Below the pieces are notes generated by a model. That model was not told the DNA's origin, ran no database searches, and saw only the letters and a list, made by a program, of their open reading frames with translations. A DNA stretch of 32,000 nt from Idiomarina loihiensis L2TR (GTDB lineage Bacteria; Pseudomonadota; Gammaproteobacteria; Enterobacterales; Alteromonadaceae), in the NCBI RefSeq assembly GCF_000008465.1, contig NC_006512.1:1350001-1382000 (forward strand), written 5' to 3'. This document shows, one piece after another, positions 8,438 to 17,348 of the stretch (position 1 is its first letter; each line of letters starts with the position of its first letter). Both the position numbers and the translations under genes were made by a program.

Positions 8438-10114
8438 TTGGAAGCGCTCAACAATTTTTTGCTTTGGATTGACGGGTTTTTAGGCTCTGCAGCCTATTTC
8501 CCGTTTCTTTTGCTCGGTGTGGGATTATTTTTCTCACTGTATCTTGGTTTTCCTCAGGTACGCTATTTCAGACATGCCTGGAGAGTACTGGCCGGCAAAT
8601 TCGATAAAAAAGACTCACAAGGTGATACCAGTCACTTCCAGGCCTTATCGACCGCGTTATCAGGTACTGTAGGTACCGGTAATATTGGTGGTGTTGCACT
8701 TGCGATATTCCTGGGTGGCCCGGCGGCTATTTTCTGGATGTGGATGACGGCATTCCTTGGTATGACCACGAAGTTTGTCGAAGTGACCTTGTCACATAAA
8801 TACCGTGTAAAAACCGAAGATGGCACTATGGCTGGCGGACCAATGTACTACATGGATCGCCGCCTTAATATGAAATGGTTAGCGGTTATCTTTGCCATTG
8901 CGACTATTGTTAGTTCCTTTGGCACCGGAAATATGCCGCAAATTAATAACATTGCGCAGTCAATGGAACAGACTTTCTCAATTGATCCGGTCTGGACAGG
9001 GGCTATCCTCTCTATTTTACTGGCAATGGTCATTATTGGTGGCATCAAGCGAATAGCAGCGGTTACCTCGAAAATTGTTCCTATTATGGGAATTGTTTAT
9101 GTCATTGGTTCTTTGAGCGTTATTTTCTTCAATATCGATAATATAGGCTCATCTTTCGTTTCTATTTTCACTGACGCTTTCACCGGTTCAGCGGCGGCAG
9201 GCGGCTTCCTTGGCGCCAGCTTCGCCTATGCGTTTAACCGTGGTGTAAACCGTGGCTTATTCTCGAACGAAGCGGGCCAGGGTTCTGCTCCAATTGCACA
9301 CGCATCAGCTAAAGCCAAAGATCCTGTTGCTGAAGGTTTGGTTTCAATTCTTGAGCCTTTCCTGGATACCATCCTAATCTGTACCTTAACCGGTCTGGTT
9401 ATTCTGTCTTCCGGAGTTTGGACTGAGAAGTTTGAAAATAACTTTGCCAGAAGCGATCTGGACTTCGTTGTTGGTGAGTACAATGACGTTGACAAAGAAG
9501 ATCGCCAGGAGCTTTACAGATACCTGAACGACTACGACGACACTGAAATCAAACGCTATTCGGGTACGCTGAATGTTGTTGATGGTAAGGCGCAGACTGA
9601 TGGTGAAATCACTATTTTGCATGCGCGCTCGGTTGCTGAAGACGTGCGTTTCATTATTGCCGGAGAAGATGCTTACAATGGTCAGGTGAAAATTGAAAAT
9701 GGCAACTTGATTAAAGAAGACATCGAAGTTGTCGGAAAATCACTAGTGCATTCCGCAGCTCTAACCTCACTGGCTTTTGCTAATGGGTATTTCGGAGACT
9801 ATGGGCAGTACATTATTCCTATTACCTTATTGATGTTTGCCTTTTCAACGGCTATTGCCTGGTCTTATTACGGTGACAGGGCGGTTGTTTATCTGGTCGG
9901 CCAAAAGGGTGTTATGCCTTACCGTATACTTTATGTCGCAGGCTTTTTCTGGGCGTCATTTGCAGATACCACCTTAGTTTGGACAGCTTCTGCTGTCGCT
10001 ATTGTCTTAATGACATTACCTAACTTACTAGGTATGATTTTGCTGCACCGGGAAATGAAATCAACGGTTAAGTCTTATTGGAAAGACTTTGGTGATGCCG
10101 ACAAGAAAAAGTAA
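8438..10114 (+). CDS. Alanine/glycine:cation (Na+) symporter, AGCS family, with an unusually long internal hydrophilic insertion
   Basis: AGCS signatures are present: [49 protein letters not shown]. The start is TTG at 8438, preceded by AAGGGGGT at good spacing. Length is 558 aa. Confidence 0.88.
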   Translation: MEALNNFLLWIDGFLGSAAYFPFLLLGVGLFFSLYLGFPQVRYFRHAWRVLAGKFDKKDSQGDTSHFQALSTALSGTVGTGNIGGVALAIFLGGPAAIFWMWMTAFLGMTTKFVEVTLSHKYRVKTEDGTMAGGPMYYMDRRLNMKWLAVIFAIATIVSSFGTGNMPQINNIAQSMEQTFSIDPVWTGAILSILLAMVIIGGIKRIAAVTSKIVPIMGIVYVIGSLSVIFFNIDNIGSSFVSIFTDAFTGSAAAGGFLGASFAYAFNRGVNRGLFSNEAGQGSAPIAHASAKAKDPVAEGLVSILEPFLDTILICTLTGLVILSSGVWTEKFENNFARSDLDFVVGEYNDVDKEDRQELYRYLNDYDDTEIKRYSGTLNVVDGKAQTDGEITILHARSVAEDVRFIIAGEDAYNGQVKIENGNLIKEDIEVVGKSLVHSAALTSLAFANGYFGDYGQYIIPITLLMFAFSTAIAWSYYGDRAVVYLVGQKGVMPYRILYVAGFFWASFADTTLVWTASAVAIVLMTLPNLLGMILLHREMKSTVKSYWKDFGDADKKK

Positions 10115-10140
10115 TAGAATAAGCATCAATTAAAGCAAAA

Positions 10141-10172
10141 CGGTCAACTTAAAGTTGGCCGTTTTATTTTTT
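10141..10172 (+). terminator. Rho-independent terminator after the symporter gene
   Basis: CGGTCAAC-ttaaa-GTTGGCCG forms an 8-bp stem with one G-U pair. It is followed by ttttatttttt. Confidence 0.8.
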
Positions 10173-10187
10173 ATTCCCTCGCAATGC

Positions 10188-10215
10188 TTGAAATTGAGAG
10201 CAAAAGCCTTATATT
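10188..10215 (+). promoter_or_regulatory. Candidate sigma70 promoter of the Zn-ribbon/yeaC/msrC/orf96/proQ/prc operon (TTGAAA-16 nt-TATATT)
   Basis: The -35 TTGAAA is at 10188-10193 and the -10 TATATT at 10210-10215. It lies about 30 nt upstream of ATG 10245 and directly downstream of the preceding terminator. Confidence 0.45.
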
Positions 10216-10244
10216 GCAAGGACTACATAAGAGATAGGTAGTTT

Positions 10245-10574
10245 ATGGCGTTAACACAATGTCCTTCGTGTAATAAGCGAATTTCAAGCAAAGTAAAAGA
10301 GTGCCCGCATTGCCAGTTTGTTCTGGCTGGTCAGTCTAAAGATGATATAGAGCGTGAAGCCATACGGATAAAGCAGGAAAAATCCGATAAGCTGGTTTCC
10401 CGTTCAATGCTCGCCTTACTGATATCGATAGCCGCTTTTACTTATTTATTCCTTCAGCAACCCATGCCAAAAACTTGGCAATACAGCGTTGCCGTTGGCT
10501 TAATGGTCGGGGGATTAGTTTGGTTTATAATCAACCGCGTGCAGCTTGTCTTTTTAAAAAAGAAAAAGCGGTAA
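10245..10574 (+). CDS. Small membrane protein with an N-terminal zinc-ribbon (CxxC...CxxC) and two predicted TM helices; function unknown
   Basis: CPSCNKRISSKVKECPHCQ is followed by a charged helix and then two hydrophobic segments (MLALLISIAAFTYLFL, VAVGLMVGGLVWFII). The tail is basic (KKKKR). Confidence 0.6.
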   Translation: MALTQCPSCNKRISSKVKECPHCQFVLAGQSKDDIEREAIRIKQEKSDKLVSRSMLALLISIAAFTYLFLQQPMPKTWQYSVAVGLMVGGLVWFIINRVQLVFLKKKKR

Positions 10575-10577
10575 ACT

Positions 10578-10877
10578 ATGCAATTCGACGATTTAATTAA
10601 AAGTATGAATCAGGACATTTACGAGCGTCTGGTTCAGGCGGTTGAAACCGGTAAATGGCCAGATGGTAATCGTTTAACTGATGAGCAACGTGAAAACTCC
10701 ATTCAATTGGTTATGGCTTATCAGGCTAGATATGCCAGCACAGAGGAAGCTTTTACTATTGGTGCTAACGGCGAAATAATTACGAAAACCAAACGGCAAT
10801 TAAAAGAGGAGTTCAAAACTGACTCTGGCGAACAAATTGCTCGTTTCAAACTCGACCAACAAGAAGGCGAATTATGA
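10578..10877 (+). CDS. yeaC: YeaC family protein (DUF1315)
   Basis: FDDLIKSMNQDIYERLVQAVETGKWPDGNRLTDEQRENSIQLVMAYQAR closely parallels E. coli YeaC as I recall it. The gene starts 3 nt after the previous stop. Confidence 0.8.
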   Translation: MQFDDLIKSMNQDIYERLVQAVETGKWPDGNRLTDEQRENSIQLVMAYQARYASTEEAFTIGANGEIITKTKRQLKEEFKTDSGEQIARFKLDQQEGEL

Positions 10878-11347
10878 GCTCTCAGCTGTATTCTGACTTA
10901 TTAGCCCAAAGCCGGGCCTTAACAGAAGGTGAGCCCGATTTAATTGCAAATCTTGCGAATATCTCTGCGCTACTCTATGAGCACATTGAAGACATTAACT
11001 GGCTAGGTTTCTACCTTACCCGTTCCGATAACGAGTTGGTGTTAGGTCCTTTTCAGGGCCGCGTCGCTTGTGTTCGTATTCCTTTTGGCAAGGGCGTTTG
11101 CGGCGTTGCTGCAGAAACCCAAACCTGCCAGAGAGTTGAAGATGTTCACCAATTTGCCGGGCATATAGCTTGTGACTCAGCATCAAACAGTGAAGTTGTT
11201 GCACCTATAGTCGTTAATGGTAAAACCGTTGCGGTACTGGATGTCGATAGCCCGTCGGTGGGGCGCTTTAGTGAAGAAGACGCAAAAGCCATTCAGGCTA
11301 TTGCTGACTACTGCCAAACTCTGAATTGGCAAGGGTTGCAGTCATAA
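10874..11347 (+). CDS. msrC: Free methionine-(R)-sulfoxide reductase, GAF-domain protein
   Basis: LANISALLYEHIEDINWLGFYL...LVLGPFQGRVACVRIPFGKGVCG...HIACDSASNSEVVAPIV is co-linear with E. coli MsrC/YebR. The start overlaps the yeaC stop as ATGA. Confidence 0.9.
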   Translation: MSSQLYSDLLAQSRALTEGEPDLIANLANISALLYEHIEDINWLGFYLTRSDNELVLGPFQGRVACVRIPFGKGVCGVAAETQTCQRVEDVHQFAGHIACDSASNSEVVAPIVVNGKTVAVLDVDSPSVGRFSEEDAKAIQAIADYCQTLNWQGLQS

Positions 11348-11348
11348 T

Positions 11349-11639
11349 ATGTTTGTTGAATTCGATATTCACAGTTATTTAGTAACCAAACAAGATGTTA
11401 TTTTCTTTGAAGAGCATGAAGAAGAAGCCGCTGATAAAATAAATGAAATGCTGCATCTTATTAATGCATTACGAGAGGATGACGATACAACAGAGCAGCT
11501 TGAAGAAATGGTTCGCCGTACTTTGTACGACTGGATTGAAGAGCCTGCATTGCTAGATTTGTCATTTGATGAAATGGACGACTATGTTCGAAACTTAATG
11601 AAAGTTGTCCGCGAACAGGAAGAAGAATGGAATGAGTGA
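11349..11639 (+). CDS. Hypothetical, extremely acidic 96-aa protein (30 D/E, 8 K/R); no family recognised
   Basis: The ORF exactly fills the msrC-proQ gap. Its ATG is 1 nt after the msrC TAA. Its TGA overlaps the proQ ATG within ATGAGTGA. Packing supports coding, but no homology support is available to me. Confidence 0.55.
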   Translation: MFVEFDIHSYLVTKQDVIFFEEHEEEAADKINEMLHLINALREDDDTTEQLEEMVRRTLYDWIEEPALLDLSFDEMDDYVRNLMKVVREQEEEWNE

Positions 11640-12258
11640 ACCTGAAAAGCTGACGAAAAGTAAAGATGTCATTGCCTATTTAGCCGAACAGTTTCCAGAC
11701 TGTTTTACTATTAAAGGCGATGCCAAACCTTTAAAAATTGGTATTTTTGAGGATTTGGCGAAACGCCTTGAGGACGATGACAAAGTAAGTAAAACACGTT
11801 TAAGAACGGCTCTGCGCCATTACACCAATAGCTGGCGGTATCTATACAGCGTTAAAACGGGTGCTCAGCGAGTGAATTTAGACGGCGAGCAGGTAGAAGC
11901 TGTTACAGAAGAACATCAGCAGCATGCACAAGAGACTTTAAAAGAATCTAAAGCTAAAGTTGCAGAGAAAAACAAAGCAACCAACAAGGCTGCCGCTAAA
12001 AAAGCTCCGGCTAAAGATAAACCTGAAAATACAGCAAAAGCTAAACCGAAAACCGCAAAAAAACCGGCCAAACCAAAAGTTAAATTGGCTGATGTGGAAC
12101 TCAACAAGCTTTCTGTTGGTCAACAGGTTCAGGTAAAAGCGGGGAACACCCCCATGTCAGCAACAGTTTTAGAGCTGGACAAGGACGACGTTCAAGTTCA
12201 GTTGCAAAACGGTTTAATTATGAAAGTAAAAGCAGATAAGATTTTTCTGCGCGCTTAG
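11632..12258 (+). CDS. proQ: RNA chaperone ProQ (FinO-like N-terminal domain, Lys/Ala/Pro-rich linker, Tudor-like C-terminal domain)
   Basis: MSEPEKLTKSKDVIAYLAEQFPDCF...LKIGIFEDL...ALRHYTNSWRYL matches the E. coli ProQ N-terminus. I moved the start from the track's TTG 11605 to ATG 11632. Confidence 0.92.
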   Translation: MSEPEKLTKSKDVIAYLAEQFPDCFTIKGDAKPLKIGIFEDLAKRLEDDDKVSKTRLRTALRHYTNSWRYLYSVKTGAQRVNLDGEQVEAVTEEHQQHAQETLKESKAKVAEKNKATNKAAAKKAPAKDKPENTAKAKPKTAKKPAKPKVKLADVELNKLSVGQQVQVKAGNTPMSATVLELDKDDVQVQLQNGLIMKVKADKIFLRA

Positions 12259-12267
12259 GAGTAGTCA

Positions 12268-14325
12268 ATGAAACACTGGGCTGTAAAGAAATGTGCATTG
12301 GCACTGATGTGTGTTGTTCCTGTTGCGGTTGCCATACCGCCAGAGCACAAGATCAGTGAATTACCAGAGTTAGAGCAGGAAGCTCAGCATGATACAGCCA
12401 GTGAGCGTATTGCGTCCTATTTTACCCGTTATCATTTCAGTAGTTTGACGCTGGATAACGAGTTATCTGAGCAAATTCATGAGCGCTACTTTGACTTGCT
12501 GGATTACAGCAAAATGTTTCTTCTGAAAGAGGATATAGAAGCCGCCCAGGAGTATCGTCATTTGTTTGATGACATGCTGAAACGGGGGGAGCTTGATGTT
12601 GCTTACGACATTTATCAGAAAAGTCTTGAGCGACGTTTTCAGCGTTACGAGTATGCGCTTTCTATATTGGATGAAGACAAGCCCATGGATTTTTCGGTTG
12701 AGGGTGACAAGTACTACTACGATCGTGAAGATGCTGATTGGGCGGAGTCCAAAGAAGAGTTGGACGAGCTTTGGCAAAACCGTGTTAAATACGATGCGCT
12801 TAATTTGAAACTGGCCGGTAAAGAGTGGCCAGAGATAGTTGAGACACTCGGCAAGCGTTATAACAGTGCATTAAATCGACTGACAAAATCGAAAAGCGAA
12901 GATGTTTTTCAAACCGTTATGAACGCGTTTGCCCGTTCAGTTGAGCCGCATACAAGTTACCTATCGCCTTCCAACTCAGAGCGATTTCAGCAAAATATGA
13001 ATCTCGAACTGGAAGGAATTGGCGCAGTACTTCAGTCAGAATACGATTACACAATAATTCGCAGTTTAGTCCCAGGCGGTCCTGCGGATAAAACCGATGA
13101 GCTTTCTCCAGAAGATAAGATCATAGCTGTAGGCCAAGGCTCCGGCGAGGATGAAGAGGAGTTTGTTGACATCATTGGCATGCGTCTGGACGATGTCGTT
13201 GAGTTAATTAAAGGACCCAAAGGAACAACCGTCCGTTTGCAGGTTTTAAAAGCCAGCCAAGGTGCCGGCGGCACTCCAAGTGAAGTTGAAATTGTCCGCG
13301 ACAAGGTCAAACTGGAGGATCGTGCAGCAAAAGCCGAAGTCAAAGAGTTCGAAGAGGGGCCTTATAAAGGGCGTCGTCTTGGTGTTATCGAAATTCCTGG
13401 GTTCTACAATAACCTAACAGCTGATGTCAAAAAGCTGATTGAGGATTTAGAAAGCCAGAAAGTAGAAGGCTTAGTGATTGATTTGCGCGGTAATGGTGGC
13501 GGTGCTTTAACCGAAGCTATTGGTTTGAGCGGACTATTTATTGATAAAGGCCCAGTAGTTCAGGTGAGTGACGGGCGCGGGCGTGTCGATGTCAGTGAAG
13601 ACAAAGACGGTAAAACCTACTATGACGGGCCATTGTTCGTTATGGTTGACCGTTACAGTGCTTCAGCGTCTGAAATTTTTGCCGCGGCCATGCAGGATTA
13701 TGAACGTGCCTTAATAATAGGTGAAAATACCTTTGGGAAAGGTACTGTGCAACAACATCGAGGACTTGCCCGGCGCTTCGATTTCTACGATAAGCCACTA
13801 GGCAGCGTTCAATATACCATTGCGAAATTCTACCGCATAGATGGTGGCAGTACACAGTTAAGAGGTGTTCAGCCAGACGTTGTTTTCCCTTCGTTTGTTG
13901 AAGCTTCAGACTGGGGTGAAAGCAAAGAAGACAACGCGTTACCCTGGGATAAAATAGATAAGGCGAGTTATAGTCCCGTTGGTGAAATTAACAGTGCTGA
14001 AGTAAAAGATTTGCAACAGCAGTTAAATCAGAGAATTGAAGATGACCCAGAATTTTCTTACATATTTGAAGAAATAGAACGTTATAGAGAAGAGAAAGAT
14101 AAAACATGGGTCAGCTTGGTGTTAACTGAGCGTGAAAAGAAACAAGAGCAGCAAAAAGCTAAGCAACTTGAGCGAGTTAACGAACGCCTGAAACGTGCGG
14201 GAAAAGAGCCAATCGAGAACGTTGAAGACGCTCCCGATGAATTTACCGAGGTAGATCCCTTCCTCGATCAAGCCGCTTTGGTTGCATTTGATTTCATTGA
14301 TAAAAATCAACTTGCCTCGAATTAA
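12268..14325 (+). CDS. prc: Tail-specific (C-terminal processing) periplasmic protease
   Basis: 685 aa with a signal peptide and a PDZ region (GIGAVL...PGGPA). The S41 catalytic region is present (DLRGNGGG, SASASEIFAAAMQDY, TFGKGTVQ). AGGAG Shine-Dalgarno upstream. The proQ-prc synteny matches E. coli. Confidence 0.93.
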   Translation: MKHWAVKKCALALMCVVPVAVAIPPEHKISELPELEQEAQHDTASERIASYFTRYHFSSLTLDNELSEQIHERYFDLLDYSKMFLLKEDIEAAQEYRHLFDDMLKRGELDVAYDIYQKSLERRFQRYEYALSILDEDKPMDFSVEGDKYYYDREDADWAESKEELDELWQNRVKYDALNLKLAGKEWPEIVETLGKRYNSALNRLTKSKSEDVFQTVMNAFARSVEPHTSYLSPSNSERFQQNMNLELEGIGAVLQSEYDYTIIRSLVPGGPADKTDELSPEDKIIAVGQGSGEDEEEFVDIIGMRLDDVVELIKGPKGTTVRLQVLKASQGAGGTPSEVEIVRDKVKLEDRAAKAEVKEFEEGPYKGRRLGVIEIPGFYNNLTADVKKLIEDLESQKVEGLVIDLRGNGGGALTEAIGLSGLFIDKGPVVQVSDGRGRVDVSEDKDGKTYYDGPLFVMVDRYSASASEIFAAAMQDYERALIIGENTFGKGTVQQHRGLARRFDFYDKPLGSVQYTIAKFYRIDGGSTQLRGVQPDVVFPSFVEASDWGESKEDNALPWDKIDKASYSPVGEINSAEVKDLQQQLNQRIEDDPEFSYIFEEIERYREEKDKTWVSLVLTEREKKQEQQKAKQLERVNERLKRAGKEPIENVEDAPDEFTEVDPFLDQAALVAFDFIDKNQLASN

Positions 14326-14336
14326 ATTGACCTTTT

Positions 14337-14367
14337 AAAAATACCGCCTTTACGGCGGTATTTTTTT
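14337..14367 (+). terminator. Rho-independent (potentially bidirectional) terminator after prc
   Basis: aaaaATACCGCC-tttac-GGCGGTATttttttt: an 8-bp stem with a 7-T tail. An A-run lies on the 5' side. Confidence 0.85.
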
Positions 14368-14435
14368 GTGCGCTTGTCATAGACCCCAGTTTTGTGGTCA
14401 TATAGCGCGTTACTGAACACAAACGATTAATAATA

Positions 14436-15821
14436 ATGACAACAAATAATCAGGCGATATCAAGCCGATGGTCAAGTCGGTTAAGTTTTATACTGGCCTC
14501 TTCAGCAGCAGCTGTTGGTTTAGGCAATATTTGGAAGTTTCCCTACGTGATGGGCGAGAACGGAGGCGGTGCCTTTGTTCTGGTGTACCTGCTTTGTATT
14601 TTAGCCATTGGCATTCCAATTATGATGGCCGAGGTGATTATTGGTCGCCGTGGCCGACACTCACCAGGCTATGCAGCCAAATCGGTCGCATTAGAGTCGG
14701 GTAAGCATCCCGCATGGCAAGTTGCAGGTTGGCTGGGAATGTTGACCGGTTATCTGGTGTTAAGTTTCTATGCGGTTATAGCCGGCTGGGCGCTGGCTTA
14801 TGTCTTTAAAGCCGCGCAAGGAGTGTTTACCAAAGCTTCTGCCGAGGACATAGGTAAAACTTTTGACGCACTGCAGGCGTCGCCCGGAGAATTGATGATC
14901 TGGCACAGCTTGGTTGTTATCGCTACCATTCTAGTGGTTGGCAACGGGGTTAAAAATGGTCTGGAAAGGTCAGTACGCTTCTTACTTCCCTGCATGATTG
15001 TGTTGCTGGTTTGCATTGCTGTTTATTCTGGCAGCATCGGTGATTTTTCCTCGGCTGTTAGCTTTATGTTTGAACCTGATTTCAGCAAGTTGACAGTTAA
15101 CGGCGTAATGGTCGCGCTAGGCCACTCTTTTTTCACTTTGGGGCTAGCTTCTGGCGTTGTGATTATGTACGGCGCTTACTTACCGCGAGAAACCTCTATA
15201 GTACAAACCAGTGTATGGATTGCTGTTATTGATACCTTTGTCGCGCTGTTAGCGGGGCTGGCAATATTTCCTCTGGTGTTCGGTTATGGTTTAACGCCAA
15301 GTGAAGGCCCGGGTCTTATCTTTACTACCTTGCCTTTAGCTTTCAGTGAAATGCCTGCCGGAGGCTTTGTTGGAACCGTATTCTTCATTATGCTGGTTAT
15401 TGCGGCGTTTACTTCCGCTATCGCCATGATTGAATCATCGGTTGCCTTTGTTTCAGAAAAATTTTCCTTAAGCCGTTGGCCGGCAACCTTAGTTTCTGGC
15501 GGAGTGCTATGGCTTCTGGGACAGTTGACTATCCATTCGTTTGCCGGCTCCGGCTGGGCTCAGTTAGACTCCGAGTGGTTAGGTAAGCCAATTGAATCAC
15601 TCTTTGATATTATTGACGTTTTAACGTCGAGCTTACTGCTCCCGCTAGGCGGCCTTCTGCTCGCGCTATTAGCGGGCTGGGTAATGCGTTCGGAGTTCAC
15701 GAAAGACGAACTGGATACAAAAAAGGGCATTTTCGATGTCTGGCTACTGTGCGTTAAATATATTTCTCCAGTCGCTATCATTATTATTTTTTTACAGCTG
15801 ATCGGCTTTATAAAACTTTAG
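14436..15821 (+). CDS. Sodium-dependent transporter, neurotransmitter:sodium symporter (NSS/SNF) family
   Basis: RWSSRLSFILASSAAAVGLGNIWKFPYVMGENGGGAF is the NSS signature. The protein has multiple TM segments and is 461 aa long. Confidence 0.9.
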   Translation: MTTNNQAISSRWSSRLSFILASSAAAVGLGNIWKFPYVMGENGGGAFVLVYLLCILAIGIPIMMAEVIIGRRGRHSPGYAAKSVALESGKHPAWQVAGWLGMLTGYLVLSFYAVIAGWALAYVFKAAQGVFTKASAEDIGKTFDALQASPGELMIWHSLVVIATILVVGNGVKNGLERSVRFLLPCMIVLLVCIAVYSGSIGDFSSAVSFMFEPDFSKLTVNGVMVALGHSFFTLGLASGVVIMYGAYLPRETSIVQTSVWIAVIDTFVALLAGLAIFPLVFGYGLTPSEGPGLIFTTLPLAFSEMPAGGFVGTVFFIMLVIAAFTSAIAMIESSVAFVSEKFSLSRWPATLVSGGVLWLLGQLTIHSFAGSGWAQLDSEWLGKPIESLFDIIDVLTSSLLLPLGGLLLALLAGWVMRSEFTKDELDTKKGIFDVWLLCVKYISPVAIIIIFLQLIGFIKL

Positions 15822-15833
15822 GTTGAATAATTA

Positions 15834-17288
15834 ATGAGTCATAAAACAAAAGCACCCAGTTTATTACAGGCGCTGATTCCTTTACTTGCGCTAATCGGAA
15901 TGTTGTCCTCGTCGGTTTATTTATTTGGCGAAGACTCTTCTTATGGACCCAATCAGATAGCCTTGTTAGTGGCGGCCGGTATTGCTGTCATCATAGGTTT
16001 TAAAAACGGCTTTAGCTGGCAACAAATAGAAGAGGGCATAACCGAGGGGATTTCTGTAGCCCTGGGCGCAATGTTAATCATTCTTGCTGTCGGTTCGTTA
16101 ATTGGTACCTGGTTGTTGTCAGGTACCGTTCCAACATTAATTTACTTTGGTCTGGAACTGCTAAACCCAAGCTTATTCTATGCGGCAAGTTGTATTATTT
16201 GTGGTGTAGTAGCGCTATCTATCGGAAGTTCCTGGACAACCGCAGCGACCATTGGTGTAGCATTAATGGGAGTAGCTTCCGGTATGGGCTTAGAGCCAGG
16301 TATCGCTGCTGGTGCAATAGTTTCGGGAGCGTACTTTGGTGATAAAATGTCACCTTTGTCTGATACCACCAACTTGGCACCAGCCGTCGCAGGAACAGAA
16401 CTGTTCGCTCACATCCGTTATATGGGGTATACCGCAGGACCTGCTTTTGCTATCTCGATAGCCTTGTTCTTAATTCTTGGTCTTAACACCGATACCAACG
16501 TTAGTTTACAGCGTCTGGAACTGATGCAGGAGCAATTAAGCGCAACCTTTAACGTTGGCTGGGAAATGCTGGTTCCTCTGGCGGTGTTGCTATACTTGGC
16601 AGCAACCCGCAAACCAGCGCTACCCACGGTATTTTTCGGAGCTTTGCTCGGTGGTGTGTGGGCGCTAATTTTCCAACCTGAAATGGTTAGTCAAATAGCC
16701 GGAGAACAGGGCTGGGTTGCGGCCTTAAAAGTCGTTTGGTTAGCCTTATCAGATGGCGTATCGGTGAGTACAGGCAGTGCCAATCTTGATTCATTGTTAA
16801 GCGGCGGTGGCATGTCGTCAATGTTAAATACCGTATGGCTCATTTTAAGTGCCATGACCTTTGGCGCCATTATGGAAAAAGTTGGCCTGCTGGAACGCTT
16901 TATCCGCGGCATGCTGAAGTCAGCTAAGAGTGTCGGTTCGCTGGTTACCGGGACCATTTTTACCTGTTTTGGTGCGAACGTACTAACCGCAGACCAATAT
17001 ATGGCAATTGTATTGCCAGGGCGCATGTTCAAAGAAGAATATGAGCGTCGCAATCTGGATCCCAGAGTGCTTTCCCGTACTCTGGAAGATAGTGGTACCA
17101 TCACATCGGCTCTTATTCCCTGGAATACATGCGGAGCTTATATGTTTTCAGTACTTGCCGTAAGTCCGTTCGAATATGGTATTTATGCGTTCTTTAATTA
17201 CCTGACACCGCTAATTGCCATAATTCTCGCTTATACCGGCTGGACTATCTTGTATTTGAACCCAAAAGACAAAACGGCTGAAGCCTAA
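15834..17288 (+). CDS. nhaC: Na+/H+ antiporter NhaC family protein
   Basis: 484-aa polytopic membrane protein. Its NhaC-like features include the GxxW...SGTVPT and YFGDKMSPLSDTTNLA motifs. It starts 12 nt after the NSS gene's stop. Confidence 0.82.
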   Translation: MSHKTKAPSLLQALIPLLALIGMLSSSVYLFGEDSSYGPNQIALLVAAGIAVIIGFKNGFSWQQIEEGITEGISVALGAMLIILAVGSLIGTWLLSGTVPTLIYFGLELLNPSLFYAASCIICGVVALSIGSSWTTAATIGVALMGVASGMGLEPGIAAGAIVSGAYFGDKMSPLSDTTNLAPAVAGTELFAHIRYMGYTAGPAFAISIALFLILGLNTDTNVSLQRLELMQEQLSATFNVGWEMLVPLAVLLYLAATRKPALPTVFFGALLGGVWALIFQPEMVSQIAGEQGWVAALKVVWLALSDGVSVSTGSANLDSLLSGGGMSSMLNTVWLILSAMTFGAIMEKVGLLERFIRGMLKSAKSVGSLVTGTIFTCFGANVLTADQYMAIVLPGRMFKEEYERRNLDPRVLSRTLEDSGTITSALIPWNTCGAYMFSVLAVSPFEYGIYAFFNYLTPLIAIILAYTGWTILYLNPKDKTAEA

Positions 17289-17348
17289 TTAGAGCGAATA
17301 GCCGTACGCAAGAGAGCGACTTAAGAGAACTAAATACAGAAGGAAGCT

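Noticed and set aside
11605-11631. Upstream TTG start for proQ. Analogous track extensions exist for the response regulator (1182-1226), pykA (4321-4368) and the lipoprotein (5626-5643)
   Set aside because: In each case a downstream ATG reproduces the canonical family N-terminus, has a better Shine-Dalgarno, or forms a typical ATGA/ATGAGTGA coupling junction with the preceding gene.
11940-12090. Repetitive-looking A/G-rich DNA (aaagct aaa ccg aaa ... motifs) that could be mistaken for a tandem repeat
   Set aside because: It encodes the Lys/Ala/Pro-rich interdomain linker of ProQ, in frame. This is low-complexity coding sequence, not a non-coding repeat array.
16691-17104. 137-aa antisense ORF within nhaC. 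Similar antisense or alternative-frame ORFs are at 4377-4763, 5129-5449, 12463-12777, 13047-13343, 9226-9622, 17489-17841 and 18036-18800
   Set aside because: All are nested in strong, motif-bearing genes. They are short, compositionally biased and have no ribosome-binding sites. I treat them as frame shadows.
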